NCBI GenBank assembly: GCA_963742735.1
Contig: CAVUMN010000003.1
Location: 128,001-192,000, forward strand
DNA: 64,000 bases
Origin: an uncultured Actinomycetes bacterium
GTDB taxonomy: Bacteria > Actinomycetota > UBA4738 > JBBDTT01
Direction: 5' to 3'
The notes beneath the pieces are model-generated. The model made no database searches, had not been told where the DNA came from, and saw only the letters and a program-made list of their open reading frames with translations. Shown piece after piece: positions 48,269 through 56,509 of this stretch. Position numbers and translations under genes: made by a program. The stretch's first letter is position 1; each line of letters starts with the position of its first letter.

Positions 48269-48946
48269 ATGGCCCGCCTCCGCGTCGTCTTCGCCGAGGA
48301 CAACTATCTCGTACGCGAGGGAACCGCGGCCCTGCTCGCGGAGGTCGGCGACGTCGAGATCGTCGCCGCGGTGGACGACCTCCCCTCGCTCCTCGAGGCC
48401 GTCGCGGAGCATCGGCCCGACGCGGTGCTCACCGACATCCGCATGCCGCCGACGCATACCTCCGAGGGGATCGACGCCGCCCGGCAGATCCGCGCGGAGT
48501 ATCCGGAGACCGGCGTCGTCGTCCTGTCGCAGTTCGCGGAGGACGCCTACGCCTACGACCTGCTGAAGGGCGGCGCCTCCGGCCTCGGGTACCTGCTCAA
48601 GGAGCGGGTCGCCGACGTCGACGAGCTCGTGCGCGCGCTCGGCGAGGTCGCGCGGGGCGGCTCCGTGCTCGATCCGAAGGTGGTCGAGGCCCTCGTCTCC
48701 CATCGCGAGCGGCTCGCCGACTCGCCCGTGGCGCAGCTGACCGAGCGCGAGCGCGAGGTCCTCGGCCATATGGCCGAGGGCATGAACAACGCCGCCATCG
48801 CTCGCGCCCTGGTACTGACGGACCGCGCCATCGAGAAGCACATCAACTCGGTGTTCCACAAGCTCGGCCTCTCCGAGGAGCCCGACGTGCACCGCCGGGT
48901 CATGGCCGTCCTCGCGTTCCTCCGCGAGGCGGGTCCGCCGGAGTAG
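48269..48946 (+). CDS. NarL/LuxR-family response regulator
   Basis: AEDNYLVREG, TDIRMPP, GYLLKERV, LTEREREVL.HMAEG.NN and IEKHINSVF.KL motifs. Confidence 0.93.
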   Translation: MARLRVVFAEDNYLVREGTAALLAEVGDVEIVAAVDDLPSLLEAVAEHRPDAVLTDIRMPPTHTSEGIDAARQIRAEYPETGVVVLSQFAEDAYAYDLLKGGASGLGYLLKERVADVDELVRALGEVARGGSVLDPKVVEALVSHRERLADSPVAQLTEREREVLGHMAEGMNNAAIARALVLTDRAIEKHINSVFHKLGLSEEPDVHRRVMAVLAFLREAGPPE

Positions 48947-48968
48947 ACGCCCCCCGGCCCCCATCGCC

Positions 48969-49571
48969 TCAGGCACGCGCGCGCCGCCGGGCCACGGCCC
49001 GGACCAAGGCGAGCGCCAGCAGCCCGGTCGCGACGTACACCGGCACCCCCACCAGGACCTGCAGGACCATCTCCGAAAGCGTCGAGTGCGTGTGCACCAC
49101 TCGCGCCGCCACCTCCGGGTCGCGCCCGAAGATGTCCACGGCCAGCTTCCCGAGCGGGGCGTCGCGTCCCACCAGCGTGTCGTGGATGAACGGGCCAGGG
49201 CCGGTCGCGACGCCGAACAGCACGCCCACCGCGCCCACGTACAGCCCCGCCTTCAACGGTCCGGCCTTCAGCCCCGCGCGATTCACCGCCCACAGCGCCG
49301 CCGGCATGATCAGGAACAGCGCCGGCGTGAGCGCGACGAACCCGAGCGAGGAGTCGAAGAACCAGTGCGCCCAGTCGTTGATCGGCGGGCCGGCCTCGCC
49401 TCGGTAGATCGCGTGGAACCAGAACATCACGCCGCCGCCGCCGTAGGCGAGCACCGCCGACGTGACCAGCAGCGCCAGCCAGCCCAGCGGACGCGCGTAG
49501 AACGCCCGGACCCCCCGTACGGCAGCCCTCTTCGTGCGGGCGACCGCGTCTCGTGCCTCGACGGCGGTCAC
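48969..49571 (-). CDS. Hypothetical membrane protein
   Basis: About four TM helices; FWFHAIYRGEAGP...HW; GTG start overlapping the USP stop. Confidence 0.65.
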   Translation of the reverse strand: MTAVEARDAVARTKRAAVRGVRAFYARPLGWLALLVTSAVLAYGGGGVMFWFHAIYRGEAGPPINDWAHWFFDSSLGFVALTPALFLIMPAALWAVNRAGLKAGPLKAGLYVGAVGVLFGVATGPGPFIHDTLVGRDAPLGKLAVDIFGRDPEVAARVVHTHSTLSEMVLQVLVGVPVYVATGLLALALVRAVARRRARA

Positions 49572-49975
49572 TGCGCCGCCCTGGTATCCACGACGTACAC
49601 CGAGCAGGGAGCGTGCTGGACGATGGCGTTCGGGACGCTTCCCAGGAACCACCGCCTCTTGCCGTGCGTCCCCCGGTTGCCGACCACGATCACGTCGGCG
49701 CCCTCGTCCTCGGCCACGTCGCAGATCGTCTCGGCCGGGTCGCCGGCCTCCTCGCGGGTGCGGAGCTTCACGTCGGTGAACCGGGCGGCCAGCGTGGCGA
49801 GATAGCCGTTGGCGTCCGGGACCTTCCCCGGGTCGAACACCTCCCGGGCGTCCAGGGGCGGCTTCACGTACACCACGATCAGCTCCGCGTCCTGGGCCTT
49901 CGACAGCTCCGCCGCCGCCGCGACGGCCAGCTCCGCGGACGCGGAGGTGTCGGTTCCGACCACGATCTTCTGCAT
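49568..49975 (-). CDS. Universal stress protein (UspA family)
   Basis: IVVGTD.S, GDPAETI, IVVGNRG, LGSVPN and APCSVYVV motifs; AAAGGAG RBS. Confidence 0.93.
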   Translation of the reverse strand: MQKIVVGTDTSASAELAVAAAAELSKAQDAELIVVYVKPPLDAREVFDPGKVPDANGYLATLAARFTDVKLRTREEAGDPAETICDVAEDEGADVIVVGNRGTHGKRRWFLGSVPNAIVQHAPCSVYVVDTRAAQ

Positions 49976-49995
49976 GGTGGGGCTCCTTTCGAACG

Positions 49996-50145
49996 TCAGG
50001 GGGTTCGCGACGCCAGGGCTCGCCGCAGGCGGCGGTCGAGGATGGAGGCCGCGATCCACATCGCCGGCCCGAGCACGGCCCGCTCCACCTTTCGGCGTCG
50101 CCGGGACGTGCGCTTCGGGACCGTCTGCCAGCGCCGAGCTCCCAT
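49996..50145 (-). CDS. Small basic protein (49 aa) with one hydrophobic helix
   Basis: Strong AAGGAGG RBS before the ATG; MGARRWQTVPKRTSRRRRKVERAVLGPAMWIAASILDRRLRRALASRTP; co-oriented with the USP gene. Confidence 0.6.
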   Translation of the reverse strand: MGARRWQTVPKRTSRRRRKVERAVLGPAMWIAASILDRRLRRALASRTP

Positions 50146-50343
50146 CGCGTCCTCCTTGGTTTCGATGTGGACACGATGCGAGTCACGAGGCCGGTCACGA
50201 CACCCGGGGGGCACGAGGGATCGGGGAGCCGCTCACCCCGACGGGGAGGGGTGGCACCACCACCTCGGTGAGGGGCGTTCCTCGCTCGAACCGTTCGGCT
50301 CGCACACTTGGGAGGAGGATCGCGAAGTCCGACAATGTGACCC

Positions 50344-52362
50344 ATGGCGATGACTGGGAGGACCGCCAAACGGCTGGCCTGGTCCGGCGTGGCGTGGTTC
50401 GGGCTGATGGGAGCAATCGGGGTCACGCTGAACCTCCTGGACGGCTCGTACTCGCTCGAGGACATCGTGCTGCTCCCCGTGATGTTCGGGGCGTTCGCGT
50501 CGGTCGGCGCGGTCATCGCGTCGCGCCAACCCTCCAACCCGATCGGCTGGCTGTTCGTGTTGATCGCGTTGGGGCCCCCGACGTCGTTCGCGGCCGAGGC
50601 TTACGCCTACCGGGCTCTCATCGGCGACCCGGGCTCCCTCCCCGCCGGTCAGTACGCGGGCTGGGTCTCGAACTGGGCGTGGGGGACCGTGCCGCTTCTC
50701 CTGTTCCTGCTCCTGCTGTTCCCGACCGGGAGGCTTCCCAGCCGGCGGTGGCGACCCGTGGCCTGGGCGATCGGGATCTGGTTCGGGCTCGCGATGATCG
50801 GGTCCATGACCGTGTCGGGGGAGATGGACAACCTCCCGGGGAGCCGGAACCCGTTCGGGATCGAGGCCCTGGAGGGGGTCATCCGTCCCTTCCTCCAGGA
50901 CATCGCCTACGCCGGGTTCTCCGTGGGGGCGCTCCTGGCTGCCTCGTCGCTGATCTTCCGATACCGCCGGGCCCGGGACGAGGAGCGCCGGCAGCTGAGG
51001 CTGTTCACGTATGCGGCGTTCCTCAGCGGGATCCTCCTCACGATCGTGGAGTACGTGCCGGACGGAGTTGGGAGCGTGCTCTTCGCGCTCGTCCTGGCCC
51101 TGCTCACGACCGCGACCGCCGTGTCCATCCTCAAGTTTCGGCTCTATGCGATCGATCTGGTCGTACGCAAGACGCTCGTGTACGGAGTCCTCGCCGCCCT
51201 CGTTACGGGCCTCTACCTGCTCCTGGTCGTGGCCGTCCCGGCGGCGATCCTCGGCACGAGCGCGGATGGATCCAGCGTCCTCATCATTCTCGGCACGGCG
51301 GTGCTCGCGCTCCTCCTGCTTCCCCTGCGCCGCCGGATGGCGCACCTTGCGAACCGGCTCGTGTACGGGAAGCGGGCGACGCCCTACGAGGTCCTGTCGG
51401 AGTTCGCCGGCCGCGTCGGCGGGTCGTACGGGGTCGAGGACGTTCTGCCGCGGATGGCCCGGGTCCTCGCGGAGGGGACGGGCGCCGAGCGAGCCGAGGT
51501 GCTGCTGCGGTCCGAGGGAGGCCTTCGCCCGGCGGCGGTCTGGCCCGCCGACGCGGAGCCGTTGGAGGTCCGTGACCTGGTCGTGCCCGTCGTTCACCAG
51601 GGCGAGGACCTCGGCGCGCTGGCCGTCACCAAGCCGCGCGGGGAGCCGTTGACGCCGGCAGAGGAGAAGCTCGTCCGCGACCTGGCCGCGCAGGCGGGAC
51701 TGGTCCTTCGCAACGTGGGGCTCTTCGAGGACCTCCGGGCCTCGCGGGTCCGCCTGGTCGAGGCGCAGGACGCCGAGCGCCGCCGGCTGGAACGCGACAT
51801 CCACGACGGCGCCCAGCAGCACCTGGTGTCGTTGATGGTCCGGCTGCGCCTGGCCGAGAGCCTCATCGCCAAGGATCCCGCGAAGGCCACGGCCGCAGTG
51901 GCCGAGGCGAAGGATCAGGCGAACGACGCCCTGGAGACGCTGCGCGATCTGGCCAGGGGCATCTATCCGCCCTTGCTCGCGGACCAGGGCCTGCCCGCGG
52001 CGCTCGAGGCCGCGGCCCGCAAGGCGCCACTCCCCGTCGACGTCCGGCCGGACGGCGTGGGTCGGTACCCCCAGGCCGCCGAGGCCGCGGTTTACTTCTG
52101 CGTGCTGGAGGCTCTCCAGAACGTCACGAAGTACGCCGAGGCCAGCCGAGCCGCCGTGCGCCTGTCGAGCGAGCCCGGCGCGCTTCGCTTCGAGGTCACC
52201 GACGACGGGCGGGGCTTCGACCTCTCGGCGGTCGCGCGCGGGTCCGGGACCCAGAACATGGCCGACCGGCTCGAGGCCCTCGGCGGTTCGCTGGAGATCC
52301 GCAGCGCCCCGGGAGAGGGGACCACGGTGACGGGCCGCGTCCCGACAGGGTTGGCCCAATGA
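50344..52362 (+). CDS. Multi-TM GAF/HisKA_3 sensor histidine kinase (copy 1)
   Basis: FPTGRLPSRRWR TM region; ERDIHDGAQQ H-box; EALQN, DDGRGF and GSG boxes. Confidence 0.92.
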   Translation: MAMTGRTAKRLAWSGVAWFGLMGAIGVTLNLLDGSYSLEDIVLLPVMFGAFASVGAVIASRQPSNPIGWLFVLIALGPPTSFAAEAYAYRALIGDPGSLPAGQYAGWVSNWAWGTVPLLLFLLLLFPTGRLPSRRWRPVAWAIGIWFGLAMIGSMTVSGEMDNLPGSRNPFGIEALEGVIRPFLQDIAYAGFSVGALLAASSLIFRYRRARDEERRQLRLFTYAAFLSGILLTIVEYVPDGVGSVLFALVLALLTTATAVSILKFRLYAIDLVVRKTLVYGVLAALVTGLYLLLVVAVPAAILGTSADGSSVLIILGTAVLALLLLPLRRRMAHLANRLVYGKRATPYEVLSEFAGRVGGSYGVEDVLPRMARVLAEGTGAERAEVLLRSEGGLRPAAVWPADAEPLEVRDLVVPVVHQGEDLGALAVTKPRGEPLTPAEEKLVRDLAAQAGLVLRNVGLFEDLRASRVRLVEAQDAERRRLERDIHDGAQQHLVSLMVRLRLAESLIAKDPAKATAAVAEAKDQANDALETLRDLARGIYPPLLADQGLPAALEAAARKAPLPVDVRPDGVGRYPQAAEAAVYFCVLEALQNVTKYAEASRAAVRLSSEPGALRFEVTDDGRGFDLSAVARGSGTQNMADRLEALGGSLEIRSAPGEGTTVTGRVPTGLAQ

Positions 52363-54389
52363 CGCAGAAGGTCGCCGCCCGGCTCGCCTGGGGTCTGTGG
52401 GGCCTCACCCTGGCGATCTCGGCCGCCGCTCTCGTGGCGTGGGTGCTCTCGCTCGACACGCCGACGCAGGCCTACGGGTTCCGGGGGGTGGCCCTCCTGC
52501 ACGCCATGGCCTTCGCGACGGCGGGGGCTCTCATCGCGTCGCGCAGGTCGACGCATCCGCTGGGCTGGATCTTCTGTGCGGTCGGAGCCCTGATCGCCGT
52601 CCAGGAGCTCGGCTACGAGTACGCGGTGTACGCCCTCGAGCATGCTGCCGTCGCCGAGCTGGCCCGGGTGGGTGCCTGGATCGTGAACTGGATCTGGGTG
52701 GTGTGGATCTTCGGGGTCGGTATGTTCGGGCTCCTGCTGTACCCGGACGGACGCCTTCCCTCTCGCCGTTGGCGGCCCGTCGCCTGGTTCGACGGGGTCG
52801 CGATCGTAATGCTCGGCGTGACCTCGGCGTTCAAACAGGGAACGCTCGACAACGTCCGTGAGTACACGAACCCGTTCGGGTTCCTTCGGGGCACCACGTT
52901 CGAGGTGCTCGATACCCTGGGCATCCTCCTGGCGATGACCGGGATCGTCCTGTCCGTCGCCTCGATCGTCGTGCGGATGCGGCGGGCTCGCCCGGAGGAG
53001 CGCCTGCAGCTTCGGTGGTTCCTCCTCGCCGGCGCCGTCCTGGTAGTCGGTCTGGGTACGAACGTCTTCGAGAACGTCCTGTCGGACAAGGTCATCGGAT
53101 CCTCCGTCCTCGCCGCGCTCGCGCTGTTCCCGGTGGCTCTCGGCATCGGGATTCTCAAGTACCGGGCGTTCGACCTGGACGTCGTCATCAGCAAGGCCGT
53201 CGTCTACGGCATCCTGCTGGTGATCATCACGCTCGACTACCTGGCCATCGTGGTGGGCATCGGGACGCTCGTCGGCGACCGTGCCAGCCCCGTCCTCACC
53301 GCGGCCGCGGCGGCGATCGCGGCGCTGTCGTTCCAGCCGATCAACCGCCGGCTCACTCGGTTCGCGAACCGGTTGGTCTACGGCAAGCGGGCGACCCCGT
53401 ACGAGGTGCTCTCGGAGTTCTCCGAGCGCGTCGGCACCGCGTACTCGACCGAGGACGTCCTGCCCCGGATGGCCCGGCTGATCGTCGAGGGCACGGGCGC
53501 GACGCGCGGCGACGTGTGGCTTCGCATCGGCGACACCTGGCGGCTCGAGGCTTCGTGGCCGGCCGAAGCCCCGACGCTCTCCGCTCCCGACGACGATGAG
53601 GGTCGCCCGTTCGAGGTCCGGCACCAGGGCCAGACGCTCGGCGCCCTCAGCCTGGTCAAGCCGGCGAACGATCCGGTCACCCCGGCCGAGGAACGTCTCC
53701 TGGGCGACCTGGCCGCGCAGGCCGGACTCGTCTTGCGCAACGTGCGGCTGCTGGAGGATCTCCGCGCTTCGCGCCGCCGGCTGGTGACCGCCCAGAACGA
53801 CGAGCGGCGCCGGTTGGAGCGCGACATCCATGACGGCGCACAGCAGCACCTCGTCGCGCTGATGGTGAAGCTTCGGGTTCTGGAGGCCCTCGCGAAGAAA
53901 AATCCCGCCAGGGTGGCCGGCGCGGTCGAGGAGCTGAAGGGGCAGGCCCAGGACGCCCTGGAGACACTGCGCGACCTGGCCCGCGGGATCTATCCGCCCG
54001 TCCTCGCCGACCGGGGTTTGGCCGCGGCCCTCGAGGCGCAGACCCGTGGCGGGCCGGTGCCGGTGGCGATCAGTCCGGACGGCGTCGGCCGCCTGCCGCA
54101 GGAGGTGGAGGCCGCCGTGTACTTCTGTGTCCTGGAGGCGTTGCAGAACGTCGCGAAGTATGCCGGGGCGTCCGGGGTCGATCTGACGCTCCGTCAGATC
54201 GACGGCCAGGTCGAGTTCGAGGTCCGCGACGACGGCCGGGGGTTCGACCCAGACACCACGCCGCGGGGGTCCGGGCTGCAGAACATGGCCGACCGCCTGG
54301 AGGCGCTGGGGGGCACGCTCGTGGTCACCAGCGCGCCGGGGGGCGGGACCACGGTGGTCGGCCGTGTCCCCGCGGAGGCGCTGCGATGA
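52359..54389 (+). CDS. Multi-TM GAF/HisKA_3 sensor histidine kinase (copy 2)
   Basis: Same architecture with intact H, N, D and G boxes; ATGA overlap. Confidence 0.92.
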   Translation: MTQKVAARLAWGLWGLTLAISAAALVAWVLSLDTPTQAYGFRGVALLHAMAFATAGALIASRRSTHPLGWIFCAVGALIAVQELGYEYAVYALEHAAVAELARVGAWIVNWIWVVWIFGVGMFGLLLYPDGRLPSRRWRPVAWFDGVAIVMLGVTSAFKQGTLDNVREYTNPFGFLRGTTFEVLDTLGILLAMTGIVLSVASIVVRMRRARPEERLQLRWFLLAGAVLVVGLGTNVFENVLSDKVIGSSVLAALALFPVALGIGILKYRAFDLDVVISKAVVYGILLVIITLDYLAIVVGIGTLVGDRASPVLTAAAAAIAALSFQPINRRLTRFANRLVYGKRATPYEVLSEFSERVGTAYSTEDVLPRMARLIVEGTGATRGDVWLRIGDTWRLEASWPAEAPTLSAPDDDEGRPFEVRHQGQTLGALSLVKPANDPVTPAEERLLGDLAAQAGLVLRNVRLLEDLRASRRRLVTAQNDERRRLERDIHDGAQQHLVALMVKLRVLEALAKKNPARVAGAVEELKGQAQDALETLRDLARGIYPPVLADRGLAAALEAQTRGGPVPVAISPDGVGRLPQEVEAAVYFCVLEALQNVAKYAGASGVDLTLRQIDGQVEFEVRDDGRGFDPDTTPRGSGLQNMADRLEALGGTLVVTSAPGGGTTVVGRVPAEALR

Positions 54390-56509
54390 ACCCGCGACGG
54401 ATCGCGTGGAGCGCATGGACTCTGTCGCTGGCCATCGTGGCCGGTTTCGTCGCGCTGGCGTTCGTGAACAGCCGAACCGACATCGGCCTAGGGTTCATCG
54501 TGGCCCTCGCCACGATGGGCTACGCGACGACGGGCGCGCTCATCGTCTCGCGGCAGCCCAGGAACACGGTCGGATGGCTGTTCCTCCTGATCGGGCTCTG
54601 CGTTGGCTTCTCCGGTTTCGCCGAGAACTACTCGCAGCGGGCACTTGACCTGGGAGGTCCTGAGGCGATCCCGCTGGTGCCCCTCGTCGCGTGGCTCGGA
54701 GCGAACTTCGCGCTCGTCGTCGGCTTCGGCTCCATCCCCCTCGTGCTCCTCGTGTTCCCCGACGGCCGTCTGCCTTCCCGCAGATGGCGGGTGGTCGCGG
54801 TCGCGATGGTGCTCGCGCTCGCTGCGGGGCTCGCCGGGCTGGCGCTCAGTCCGAACCCGCTGGGTGGCGAGGCAAAGATCCCGAACCCCACGGCGATCCC
54901 CGGCTTGAAGGAGCTGGCATCGCTCCTGATGACGATCGGTGGGTTCGGCTCGGTCATCTCCGGCGCGCTGTGCGTGGCCGCCCTCGTCGTGCGATTTCGG
55001 CGCTCGCGCGGCGCCGAGCGACAGCAGCTTCGATGGCTGGCCTACTCCGCCGGAGCCGCGGTGGTGCTGTTCCTCTCGACCGTTACCGTCGGCGTCCTCG
55101 ACGAAGGTCGCCTGAGCGACGCGATCTTCTTCGCGTTCCTCACGCTGTTCGCGGTCGGGATCCCGGTGTCGTGCGGGATCGCGATCCTGAAGCACGGGCT
55201 GTTCGGGATCGACGTCGTGGTCAACAAAGCGCTCGTCTACGGGTCGCTCGCCGCGTTCATCACCGCGGTGTACGTCGCGATCGTCGTGGGCATCGGCACG
55301 GTGATCGGCACCGGCGACGAGCCGAACCTGGCCCTGTCGATCGCCGCGACCGCCGTGGTCGCGATCGCTTTCCAGCCCGTCCGGACCCGTGTTCAGCGAG
55401 TCGCGAACCGTCTGGTGTATGGCGAGCGGGCGTCGCCCTACGAGGTCCTGTCCGGGTTCGCAGCGAGCGTCGGTGGCTCCTACGACGTCGAGGATGTCCT
55501 TCCCCGCATGGCCCGCGTGGTGGCCGAGGGGACGGGCGCGGCCCGAGCTGAGGTCTGGCTGACCGTCGGAGACGCGCTCGTCGCGGGGGCCTCGTGGCCA
55601 GCCGACCCGCAACCGCGCGACCCCCTTCCGCTGCCAGACGACGGAGGTGCGCCGGAGGTTCCGGGAGCCGACCGAGCGGTGGCCGTCCGGGCGCAGGGCC
55701 AGCTCCTGGGTGCGCTCTCGGTGACGAAACCACCGGGCGAGGCCCTCCGTCCCGCCGAGGCAGCCCTGCTGGACCACCTCGCCGCCCAGGCCGGCCTGGT
55801 CGTTCGCAGCGCCCGCCTGGCCGCGGAGCTCCGGGCCCGGCTTGAGGAGCTCTCCCGCCATGCGGAGGCGCTGCGGCTCTCACGGCAGCGGATCGTGGCC
55901 GCGGAGGACGGGGAGCGCCGGCGGCTGGAGCGGGACATCCACGACGGCGCGCAGCAGCACCTGGTGGCGCTGGCGGTGAAGATTCGCCTCGCCCGTCAGC
56001 TCGCCGGCAAGGACCCGGAGCGGGCCCGGGGACTGATCGCCGACCTTCGCCGGGACGCCGTGTCGGCCTCGGACACGCTCGCCGGTCTGGCGACGGGGAT
56101 CTACCCGCCGCTGCTCTCGGAGGGAGGCCTGGTCCGGGCCCTGCGGGCGAGCGCCGAGGGCATGCCGTTCGAGGTCCACGTCGAGCCGGACGGGGTGGGC
56201 CGCTACGCCGAGGACGTGGAGGCCGCCGTGTACTTCTCGATCCTCGAGGCGCTGCAGAACGCGGCGAAGTACGCGGAGGCCTCTCGCGTGGATCTGACCC
56301 TCCGTCAGGTGGACGGGACGATCGAGTTCGAGGTGTCAGACGATGGCAGCGGCTTCGACCCCGAAGCCACGACGCACGGCTCGGGCTCGCGGAACATGGC
56401 GGATCGACTGGAGGCGCTCGGGGGCGTCGTCTCGATCGACAGCGGGCCGGGGCGCGGGACGCGCGTGAGCGGCATGGTCCCCGCCACGCCGGTGGAGGTG
56501 GCGGGATGA
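54386..56509 (+). CDS. Multi-TM GAF/HisKA_3 sensor histidine kinase (copy 3)
   Basis: Same architecture with intact boxes; ATGA overlap. Confidence 0.92.
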   Translation: MNPRRIAWSAWTLSLAIVAGFVALAFVNSRTDIGLGFIVALATMGYATTGALIVSRQPRNTVGWLFLLIGLCVGFSGFAENYSQRALDLGGPEAIPLVPLVAWLGANFALVVGFGSIPLVLLVFPDGRLPSRRWRVVAVAMVLALAAGLAGLALSPNPLGGEAKIPNPTAIPGLKELASLLMTIGGFGSVISGALCVAALVVRFRRSRGAERQQLRWLAYSAGAAVVLFLSTVTVGVLDEGRLSDAIFFAFLTLFAVGIPVSCGIAILKHGLFGIDVVVNKALVYGSLAAFITAVYVAIVVGIGTVIGTGDEPNLALSIAATAVVAIAFQPVRTRVQRVANRLVYGERASPYEVLSGFAASVGGSYDVEDVLPRMARVVAEGTGAARAEVWLTVGDALVAGASWPADPQPRDPLPLPDDGGAPEVPGADRAVAVRAQGQLLGALSVTKPPGEALRPAEAALLDHLAAQAGLVVRSARLAAELRARLEELSRHAEALRLSRQRIVAAEDGERRRLERDIHDGAQQHLVALAVKIRLARQLAGKDPERARGLIADLRRDAVSASDTLAGLATGIYPPLLSEGGLVRALRASAEGMPFEVHVEPDGVGRYAEDVEAAVYFSILEALQNAAKYAEASRVDLTLRQVDGTIEFEVSDDGSGFDPEATTHGSGSRNMADRLEALGGVVSIDSGPGRGTRVSGMVPATPVEVAG

